Assembly (NCBI GenBank): GCA_016196885.1
Contig: JACPWU010000032.1
Span: 1-32,000, forward strand
Source: Chlamydiota bacterium
Lineage (GTDB): Bacteria > Auribacterota > JACPWU01
Direction of reading: 5' to 3'
Length of the DNA: 32,000 nt
Shown here: in pieces, positions 18,276 to 24,906 of the stretch
Layout of the letters: each line of letters begins with the position of its first letter
Numbering within the stretch: the first letter of the stretch is position 1
Position numbers and translations under genes: made by a program
Notes under the pieces: model-generated
Seen by the model: only the letters and a program-made list of their open reading frames with translations
What the model was told of the DNA's origin: nothing
Databases searched by the model: none

Positions 18276-19340
18276 TTACCTCATCAAAGGGTCCAATAAT
18301 TTTCTAAATTCTTGCGCCCATTTTCCGCGGTCAAAATCTTTTAACCTATTTCTTTGTTTCTGGATCACGGCTTGACGAAAATTTGCATCTTGATGAAGCA
18401 TCATCATCATTTCAGCAATGGCAGGGTGATCTTTTTTATGAAAAAGAATACCCGATCCCGCCAAGGTACCGGGCACTCCCGCTGCATGATAAGCCATCAC
18501 GGGCACATCAAAATACATGGCTTCTAGTAATGGGATACAAAACCCTTCATGCTCACTCATGCATAAAAACACATCCGCTAACCGGTAGTAAGCCACCAAA
18601 TTACATTGAGCAATGTGATTTGTAAAGAAGACATCTTGGAGATCGAGTTCTATCGTCAGGGCCCTTAAGTACGCTAAATACAAATCCATTCCCGCATAAG
18701 CCCCTACAATAAAAAGGCGCGCCAAAGGCTCGTACAGTTTCTTGAAATAATAAAAACTCAAAATCACATCATCAATTTTTTTGTTCGGAGCCACACGTCC
18801 CACAAAAACTAAATTAAAAGGTGATTTTTGATGTTGTCTCAAAATTTTTTTTCTCGGCGGGGTATTAAGGTCGTCCAAATTCAACATCAGAGGAAAAACC
18901 TGAGGGTTACTAAAGCCTGCTTCTTTTAATTCCTGAGCGTTGTAAGGAGAAACAGCCAACGTTAGATCTGGAACAGACGCAAGCTCGAGAAGCTCTTCCC
19001 TCCCTTTTCGTAAAACCACTGCCTTTTCCTCTGAAATGGAATGAAAATATTTTGCAGGTGTAATGTTGTGATAAATCAAAACTCTTTTTTCGGAAAGACT
19101 CTTAAAAAAATCCGACATCTCGGATCCTACTGAAAAATGAAAAATAGCAATATTGCTGGGGTCTCTCTTGTAAGTCTTGACATCCAAACATCGTCCAGGG
19201 ACCAAGGTGTTCACGTGACGCCCGACGCCATAGATTTCAGAGCGCACACCCCAACTGCGAATCACTTTTTGAAGTTCAAGCGAGAAATTGCTGATGGCAT
19301 CGCCATCCATAAAACCTGAAACAAATTGGGAAATTTCCAT
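18276..19340 (-). CDS. GT4 glycosyltransferase
   Basis: FVGRVAPNKKIDDVI and EGFCIPLLEAMYFDVPVMAYHAAGVPGTLAGSGILF. Its TAA stop lies 2 nt before the next gene's ATG. Confidence 0.8.
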   Translation of the reverse strand: MEISQFVSGFMDGDAISNFSLELQKVIRSWGVRSEIYGVGRHVNTLVPGRCLDVKTYKRDPSNIAIFHFSVGSEMSDFFKSLSEKRVLIYHNITPAKYFHSISEEKAVVLRKGREELLELASVPDLTLAVSPYNAQELKEAGFSNPQVFPLMLNLDDLNTPPRKKILRQHQKSPFNLVFVGRVAPNKKIDDVILSFYYFKKLYEPLARLFIVGAYAGMDLYLAYLRALTIELDLQDVFFTNHIAQCNLVAYYRLADVFLCMSEHEGFCIPLLEAMYFDVPVMAYHAAGVPGTLAGSGILFHKKDHPAIAEMMMMLHQDANFRQAVIQKQRNRLKDFDRGKWAQEFRKLLDPLMR

Positions 19341-19350
19341 GGTAAAACCT

Positions 19351-19443
19351 CAGAAGACAGAAGTCAGAAGACAGAATGAACAAGGAAGAGATTGTTTTTT
19401 ATTCTGAATTCTGGATTCTGACTTCTGGATTCTGTCTCCTGTC
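19351..19443. repeat. Heptamer-arm hairpin element, copy 1
   Basis: Left arm cagaaga|cagaagt|cagaaga|cagaat (19351..19377), a 23-nt loop, and a right arm of attctga/attctgg-type units (19401..19443). A 31-nt block at 19383..19413 is identical to 21844..21874. Confidence 0.85.
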
Positions 19444-19878
19444 TTTCGTTAAAAAATCCAATCTTTCATGAATTTCTTTAAATCTTGTATCCATATGCTT
19501 TCGCAGGGACAGAAAGGCATTCGTGACCTGACAGTTAAATTCTTTTTGTTGGCTAAAGAGGCGATAGGTATAAAATTTTAGGAGTTTCCAGACAACTTTT
19601 TTCGCCAAAACTTCAAACGATCCCAGAATGCCACCCTCATTGATAATTTCAAAATCTCCAATGTTCACATCGCAAGTTCTTTGAAGGATTTCAATATAGT
19701 AATTAAGAAACTCTTCCTCGGTGGAAATATTCTCCACTTCTAATCGAGAAATTCCGGACAGATCATACTTTTCATAAACCCCTGCCTTCTTTTTTTCTTC
19801 GATATTTGCGCGTATCTTTCCCATAATCTTTTCAATATCTATGCCCTCTGCACCGATTTGAAACTCTTTATCTTGCAT
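19399..19878 (-). CDS. Hypothetical protein, probably helical or coiled-coil, glycan-cluster associated
   Basis: 159-aa ORF with no catalytic motif I recognise. The last ~14 codons (RRQNPEVRIQNSE) are encoded by the right arm of the hairpin repeat. Confidence 0.5.
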   Translation of the reverse strand: MQDKEFQIGAEGIDIEKIMGKIRANIEEKKKAGVYEKYDLSGISRLEVENISTEEEFLNYYIEILQRTCDVNIGDFEIINEGGILGSFEVLAKKVVWKLLKFYTYRLFSQQKEFNCQVTNAFLSLRKHMDTRFKEIHERLDFLTKDRRQNPEVRIQNSE

Positions 19879-19893
19879 ATAGTCTCCTATGGG

Positions 19894-20295
19894 CTATTCA
19901 ACCCAATCTTCAATAACAAGATGTCGAACTCTTCTGAACTCTTTGACATTGTGCGTTACTAAAATACCATCATGGGCCATCACGGTCGCCGCGATCATTA
20001 AATCATTGGGACCCATGGGAAGACCTCTCTCCTCTAAATCAGCGCGAATTTTTGAGTAAAATACGGCGGCCTCAGCCCCAAAGGGAATAATCTCATAGGG
20101 ATTCAGAAATTGATTAATCTCTTTGGCTTTCTCACGAGGATTTTCACTTTTCTCAACACCGACAAGAAGTTCAGCCATAACAACGGACGGAATCTTGACT
20201 CGGTCAGGAGCCATGCCTTGTAAGCACTCACACAGATTTAAGGAAAGTCCCTTTAGAAAAAATATGCAGGAGTCTGCATCCAGGCAATACTTCAT
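19894..20295 (-). CDS. vapC: PIN-domain toxin VapC
   Basis: MKYCLDADSCIFFLKG (N-terminal Asp), VVMAELLVGVEKS, and GPNDLMIAATVMAHDGILVTHNVKEF. An ATGA-type overlap joins it to the upstream small ORF. Confidence 0.85.
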   Translation of the reverse strand: MKYCLDADSCIFFLKGLSLNLCECLQGMAPDRVKIPSVVMAELLVGVEKSENPREKAKEINQFLNPYEIIPFGAEAAVFYSKIRADLEERGLPMGPNDLMIAATVMAHDGILVTHNVKEFRRVRHLVIEDWVE

Positions 20296-20522
20296 AATTT
20301 AGCTCTACGCACATCGAGGCTAAGATCCGGTTGGGGAGGTCGTTCAAATTTCTCATGACGTAAAACTCCAAAAAGATCAAAATATCCTTTCGGCCACTCA
20401 TGACAAAGCGCCTTTTCAAGCTTTAACTTCACCCACCTGGATAAGGATATTTTTTCCAGCTTGGCAGCTCTCTCAATTTTTTTTAACATCACTGGATCAA
20501 GATAAATGTTTAAATGAGACAT
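20292..20522 (-). CDS. VapB-type antitoxin, ribbon-helix-helix-like
   Basis: 76 aa. LNIYLDPVMLKKIERAAKLEKISLSRWVKLKLEKAL resembles an RHH/CopG fold. A strong SD (GGAAGGAGG) is present and the ORF overlaps vapC. Confidence 0.7.
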   Translation of the reverse strand: MSHLNIYLDPVMLKKIERAAKLEKISLSRWVKLKLEKALCHEWPKGYFDLFGVLRHEKFERPPQPDLSLDVRRAKL

Positions 20523-20576
20523 AAAAAATACCTCCTTCCCTCTTTCTTGAGCCTATCACAACCCTTCTCTAAAAGC

Positions 20577-20598
20577 AAGTATATCCACAAGTATACTT
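20577..20598. promoter_or_regulatory. Candidate operator upstream of the vapBC pair
   Basis: AAGTATACTT (20589..20598) is a perfect 10-bp palindrome, and a further AAGTATA half-site lies at 20577..20583. Both sit in the 80-nt gap just upstream of the antitoxin gene. Confidence 0.4.
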
Positions 20599-20602
20599 AT
20601 TT

Positions 20603-21790
20603 TTACCCTCCCAAACTCCAAACAACCGGAAACTCTACAAATCCCACTTCATTTCGTTGAGAACGCACCCTTAACACATGTGTATTTTCTTTGCGATGAA
20701 AATTAACCGCATGATCTTCCGTGTGCACTGAAAAAGAAAATAAGTATTTACCCCGTATCAGAGGAAGCTTGGGAATTTTCAAAGAAATAGAACCCTTGCC
20801 CTCGACAAAAGGAATGGGAAGCCCCTGTACTTGAGTGTTATTTCCAAAACAAATTTTACCATCTTCATCGGAAAAGGAAAAACCAAACACGGGCCGTTCG
20901 ATTTTCTGGTGGGCCTCATAAGCAATTTCTATCCTGAGATCCTCCCCATTTTTGAATTCAGACTGCTCTTGACCTGCTCGATCGAGAAACCGGATCTCGC
21001 CCAATTCTACTTCGCGCGTTCCCCATTGTTTTGGGACAACGGGAGCCTTGTCGCGATTCAACCCTAACCAAAGATAGTCATCAACCACTTTACCAGGCTC
21101 CCCCAATTGAATCTGCTTGCCCTTGTCAATCAAGAGGACACGATCGCTGATGGTTTTCACCGTCTCTAAATCATGAGATACGGCGAGCATCGCTTTACCC
21201 GCTCTTTTAAAATCAGAAATTTTCTTGAGACATTTCTTCCGAAAGGTTTCATCCCCTACCGCCAAAATTTCATCCAAAAGAAGAACATCGGGATTCACCT
21301 CAACCGCTACCGAAAAACCCAAGCGGACGTACATTCCGGAAGAATAATGTTTTACAGGTAAATGAATAAAATCTTTCAATTCCGCAAAATCTACAATGCT
21401 TTCATAGCGCTCATCCATTTGTTTCTTGGAAAGCCCCAAAATAGAACCGTTCAAATAAATATTCTCTCGGCCCGTTAATTCAGGATGAAAACCGGCACCC
21501 AATTCTAAAAGGCTAGAAACCCTTCCAGAAATCTGAACAGAACCTTCCGTGGGTCTCATGGTTTGAGCAATGAGGCAAAGAAGCGTGCTTTTGCCCGCTC
21601 CATTGGCCCCAATAATGCCTAAGGTTTCTCCTGGAGAAACTTCAAATGAAATATTGCGAAGCGCCCATAAGCTTTTTTCAAGATCCGAACGCCTGAAAAG
21701 CCCGAGTAAACTGGACTTCACCGATCGCCCGCGGTCTTGTTTCAGTCGAAAACGCTTTCCTAAATTTTCTACTTTAATGGAACTCATCAT
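20603..21790 (-). CDS. wzt: Polysaccharide ABC exporter ATP-binding protein Wzt (TagH-like) with a C-terminal extension resembling the Wzt_C glycan-binding domain
   Basis: Walker A GANGAGKST, signature YSSGMYVRLGF, and Walker B LLLDEILAVGD. A ~150-aa C-terminal beta-rich extension follows (EVELGEIRFLDRAGQEQSEFKNGEDLRIEIAYEA...). The track start is GTG 21796, and an ATG lies at 21790. Confidence 0.85.
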   Translation of the reverse strand: MMSSIKVENLGKRFRLKQDRGRSVKSSLLGLFRRSDLEKSLWALRNISFEVSPGETLGIIGANGAGKSTLLCLIAQTMRPTEGSVQISGRVSSLLELGAGFHPELTGRENIYLNGSILGLSKKQMDERYESIVDFAELKDFIHLPVKHYSSGMYVRLGFSVAVEVNPDVLLLDEILAVGDETFRKKCLKKISDFKRAGKAMLAVSHDLETVKTISDRVLLIDKGKQIQLGEPGKVVDDYLWLGLNRDKAPVVPKQWGTREVELGEIRFLDRAGQEQSEFKNGEDLRIEIAYEAHQKIERPVFGFSFSDEDGKICFGNNTQVQGLPIPFVEGKGSISLKIPKLPLIRGKYLFSFSVHTEDHAVNFHRKENTHVLRVRSQRNEVGFVEFPVVWSLGG

Positions 21791-21799
21791 TAACACCCC

Positions 21800-21895
21800 G
21801 AAGACAGAATCCAGAATTCAGAAGTCAGAAGACAGAATAAATGAGGAAGAGATTGTTTTTTATTCTGAATTCTGACTTCTGACTTCTGTTTTCTG
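21800..21895. repeat. Heptamer-arm hairpin element, copy 2 (between wzm and wzt)
   Basis: The arms are built of NCAGAAN heptamers. By my alignment 24 of the 28 arm positions nearest the loop are complementary. The loop shares the 31-nt block aggaagagattgttttttattctgaattctg with copy 1. Confidence 0.85.
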
Positions 21896-21899
21896 TTAT

Positions 21900-22664
21900 T
21901 TATAATTCATCCGCAAAATAGGGCTCAAGCTTCATAAAAACATAAAGTCCTAACGCAAAAACCACTCCACAAAGAATAAAAGACGAGGCAGTAGACCCTC
22001 CCCAGAAAAAGGGACCTTCCAAAAAACAATGTCGAAAACCCATTAAAATACCAGCCATGGGATTGAGAAGATAAAACTTGAGCAATCTTTCAGGAACCAA
22101 CTTCAAAGGATAAATCACAGGACTCAAGAAAAACCAGGACATGAGACCTACACTCACCAAATGCTGCGTATCCTGAAAATAAACCATGAGGCTTGAGAAA
22201 AGCAAAGAAAAACCGAGTGCAAGTAAAAATTCAAAGAAAATAAAGATGGGGAGATAAAAAAGATTTAAGCTCACATCCACCCCCAAAAAAAACAGAAAGC
22301 CTATCAAAATGAAAAGCGAGAGAAAAAAGTTGATGAGATTGGCAAGCACCATCGTTAAAGGGAGAATGATACGAGGGAAAAAAACTTTTTTAATTAAACT
22401 CGGGTTTCCCAAAATGGTATGAAAAGAATCTCCCATGCAAAGAGAAAGAAATTGCCAGGTTAAAACCCCCGTGACCAAGTAAGGTAAATCAACTTGAAAA
22501 CGTGTCAATTTTGCGAACATGAAATAGACCAACACCATAAAGAGGGGATCCATCAGAGACCAGAAAAAGCCTAAATAGGAGCCCTTGTAACGAATCTTGA
22601 GATTCCTAACAATGAGACTTCTAAGAAGATCTCGATGATTCAAAAGTTCACGGATTAAAGCCAT
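21900..22664 (-). CDS. wzm: ABC-2 type polysaccharide exporter permease Wzm (TagG-like)
   Basis: LLRSLIVRNLKIRYKGSYLGFFWSLMDPL is the ABC-2 signature, and about 6 TM segments are present. The track start is 22682. ATG 22664 (MALIRELL) is likelier. Confidence 0.85.
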   Translation of the reverse strand: MALIRELLNHRDLLRSLIVRNLKIRYKGSYLGFFWSLMDPLFMVLVYFMFAKLTRFQVDLPYLVTGVLTWQFLSLCMGDSFHTILGNPSLIKKVFFPRIILPLTMVLANLINFFLSLFILIGFLFFLGVDVSLNLFYLPIFIFFEFLLALGFSLLFSSLMVYFQDTQHLVSVGLMSWFFLSPVIYPLKLVPERLLKFYLLNPMAGILMGFRHCFLEGPFFWGGSTASSFILCGVVFALGLYVFMKLEPYFADEL

Positions 22665-23443
22665 TTTCTTTGGTCCTTCCATTCCTTCAACAGAACATAA
22701 TTGCCCCAGGTTTTCAATTTGAAGGAGACGGGGTTGTCATCCTTATAAAAAATGGCCGTGCGCTTCATCAAAAAAGGGTTGTGATTCGAAAATCTCTTCC
22801 CAGGCATCAAGGCACAGGCCCCATGATAACCACTTTCAAGCACCACCCTTTCCAAGGCTGGATTCACACCTCCCTGAGGATAGCTGAAAAAGTCAATGGG
22901 GAGTTCTAAATCCTTCTGAAGAGAGGTCCGCGATGAAAAGATTTCCCCATAGGCATCGGGAGCTCCCAGATGACTCAAATTGCGGCCTGTCTGACCATTG
23001 GAACCAAATTGAATTAATCCAGAGCGCGCCATTTTCAAAATTTGACCCTTGTTCAAATAGCCCGACTTGCCCACATTGGCAGATTGCAGAAAAACAGTGG
23101 CTGGGAATTTATATTTTTCAAGGATCGAGAGGGCATGCCTTTGAAAATCATCATAGCCTCCATCAAAGGTAATCGCCACCGTATGTTTTGGAATGGGATC
23201 CCCATGGCGGTAAAGTTGAACCCCATCCGATAAGCGAATCACATGAAAATGATCCTCTGCCAGGGCCTTCATTTGACGAACAAAGGCAAAGGGATGAACG
23301 TAATTTGGAGCTTTGGTCTCCGATTCTTCAATGTGTTCATAGCGCAAAATAGGTAAGACAGAAACAGATCCATAATCAATGTAAAAAAGAAGACCACTCA
23401 CGACCAGAACGATCAAAAGAAAAAGGGAAAGGAAAAGTTTCAT
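22655..23443 (-). CDS. CE4 (NodB-homology) polysaccharide deacetylase-like protein with an N-terminal TM anchor. The metal-ligand positions appear substituted.
   Basis: ITFDGGYDDFQRHALSILEKYKFPATVFL and FSYPQGG fit the CE4 fold. TFDGG replaces TFDDG, and FGSNGQTGRNL replaces the HxxxxH motif. Confidence 0.7.
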   Translation of the reverse strand: MKLFLSLFLLIVLVVSGLLFYIDYGSVSVLPILRYEHIEESETKAPNYVHPFAFVRQMKALAEDHFHVIRLSDGVQLYRHGDPIPKHTVAITFDGGYDDFQRHALSILEKYKFPATVFLQSANVGKSGYLNKGQILKMARSGLIQFGSNGQTGRNLSHLGAPDAYGEIFSSRTSLQKDLELPIDFFSYPQGGVNPALERVVLESGYHGACALMPGKRFSNHNPFLMKRTAIFYKDDNPVSFKLKTWGNYVLLKEWKDQRKWL

Positions 23444-24546
23444 GCTGCCATCCTTGTTTCGTCTAAGAGATTCCGATAAAGATTCATCACCTCACGCGCC
23501 ATACGATCCAGGCCGAATTGTTCCTTCACATGCTCCCGCCCCGCAAGCCCCATTTTACTAGCCAAGGGAGGATCGTCCAGCAAGCAAGCCAATGCCTTCT
23601 TCAAAGCCCCAGAATTTTGAGGAGGTACGAGCAATCCTGTTTGTCCCTCTATGACCACTTCTGAAATCCCTCCCACGTTGGAGGCCACAACAGGAATTCC
23701 AGAGGCTTGAGCTTCCAAAATAGACAGGCTTAAACCCTCCTGTAAAGAGGGCAGGACAAAAACATCCAAAATATTTAAAACGGCCTTGGGATCGTCCACC
23801 CAAGGAATCCATCGGATGATCTCTTTCAAACCCAGCCTTTCAACCTCACTCAAGAATTCTTGGCGGGTCGGGCCATCTCCGACAACCACACAACGAACAG
23901 GCCTTTCCTTGGAAAGCTCATGAAGCGCTCCCAGTAAAAAATGATGGCCCTTTACAGGAGAAAGTCTTGCCACAATACCAATTCTGGGAATCTCCTTCTT
24001 TAGTTTTAATTGAGAAAGAAGTTTCTCCTTCTCCCCCTCGGACGGAAGGCTTTGATATTTCCTAAGATCGGTCCCATTGTAAATCAAATGAATTTTTTGC
24101 GGCTTCACACGAAAATCCCTTTGCAAATGCTCCCTCACTTGCGTGCTGATCGCAATCACTGCCTTTCCCCAGCAAGGAAAAATCTTTCTCCCCAAATGAG
24201 GTCGAAAAAAACCGTGGGCCGTGGTCAAAAAAGGAATTTTTGTGCCCACCGTGGCAAGGAAGCTCGTAACGGCGGCCACGCGAGTTTGAGCATGGACGAG
24301 GGAGATCCCTTCATTCTCAATGAGCTTCTTCATCCGGTAAGCCCCCCGCCACACTGAAGGGCCGATTTCAAATTTGGTGTGTATCCCCAGATTAAAATGG
24401 GGCCAGGCAATCGTCTTTTCGAATTGGCCTCCGCCAGAGGCTAAAATAACCTGGCACCCTTGAGTCCCTAAAGCCTGGGCAAGCGTGAGGACATAAGAAG
24501 TGATTCCTCCAGCGTTAAGGTGGGAAGAGACTAATAGGACTTTCAA
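23440..24546 (-). CDS. GT4 glycosyltransferase, first gene of the minus-strand array
   Basis: MKVLLVSSHLNAGGITSYV and EGLSLSILEAQASGIPVVASNVGGISEVVIEGQTGLLV. It has a TTG start with a GGAG SD 8 nt upstream. Confidence 0.85.
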   Translation of the reverse strand: MKVLLVSSHLNAGGITSYVLTLAQALGTQGCQVILASGGGQFEKTIAWPHFNLGIHTKFEIGPSVWRGAYRMKKLIENEGISLVHAQTRVAAVTSFLATVGTKIPFLTTAHGFFRPHLGRKIFPCWGKAVIAISTQVREHLQRDFRVKPQKIHLIYNGTDLRKYQSLPSEGEKEKLLSQLKLKKEIPRIGIVARLSPVKGHHFLLGALHELSKERPVRCVVVGDGPTRQEFLSEVERLGLKEIIRWIPWVDDPKAVLNILDVFVLPSLQEGLSLSILEAQASGIPVVASNVGGISEVVIEGQTGLLVPPQNSGALKKALACLLDDPPLASKMGLAGREHVKEQFGLDRMAREVMNLYRNLLDETRMAA

Positions 24547-24632
24547 ATTTATGACTCCTTTGATAGAAATATCAATTTTAATGATCCTTCGAGATCATCG
24601 TGTGCGATGAAAGTTCTTCCCATCGTGTTTTT

Positions 24633-24704
24633 TTGTAGTCGCCCGATTCATCGGGCAATCCATGCAAGGGGCACACGGCAGCCCCATAAATGGGGAGACT
24701 ACAA
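24633..24704. repeat. About 70-nt three-stem palindromic repeat, copy A
   Basis: Closing stem TTGTAGTC...GACTACAA, inner hairpins GCCCGAttcaTCGGGC and CCCCATaaATGGGG. Its reverse complement aligns along its full length with 29233..29300. Confidence 0.85.
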
Positions 24705-24723
24705 AATGAGCTTCACTTTCATA

Positions 24724-24837
24724 GCAAAAATCAAAATGACAAAGCAAAATTTAAAATTTTTCTCTTGCAAGGGCGCTAGAAAATTTTTGAATTTTGACAT
24801 GTTATTTTGCATTTTGATTTTTGGACTTTGATTTTCG
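24724..24837. repeat. A/T-rich inverted repeat with 7-nt periodic arms. Possible diverged member of the heptamer-hairpin family.
   Basis: Left arm caaaaat|caaaatg|acaaagc|aaaat. Right arm attttgc|attttga|tttttgg|actttga|ttttcg. About 21 complementary positions with a 5-nt bulge, and the 53-nt loop contains a nested palindrome. Confidence 0.55.
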
Positions 24838-24863
24838 ATGTAGCATACCATTCAAACTTGCAG

Positions 24864-24892
24864 TTGACAAGCGCTGCAAGCCTGATTAAGAT
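24864..24892 (+). promoter_or_regulatory. Sigma70-like promoter for the MalK-like ATPase gene
   Basis: TTGACA (24864..24869), a 17-nt spacer, then TAAGAT (24887..24892). The predicted TSS is only ~7 nt before ATG 24907. Confidence 0.5.
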
Positions 24893-24906
24893 ACCCTCCA
24901 TTGTTT

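Noticed and set aside
19376-19471. A 31-codon plus-strand sORF inside hairpin copy 1 (MNKEEIVFYSEFW…)
   Set aside because: The equivalent frame in copy 2 has no start codon and stops after …EEIVFYSEF. The similarity is explained by nucleotide identity of the repeat, not by a conserved peptide.
24547-24603. Promoter of the 20-kb minus-strand array, and the ATGATC-N6-GATCAT palindrome (24581..24598) as its operator
   Set aside because: A good -10 (TAAAAT, 24580..24575 on the minus strand) exists, but no acceptable -35 lies at 16-18 nt. The palindrome is short. I could not support a confident call.
24607-24831. 74-aa ORF (…CSRPIHRAIHARGTRQPHKWGDYK…)
   Set aside because: It is simply the translation of the palindromic three-stem repeat and the A/T-rich inverted repeat. 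Its composition is repeat-driven, and it sits in the divergent intergenic region.
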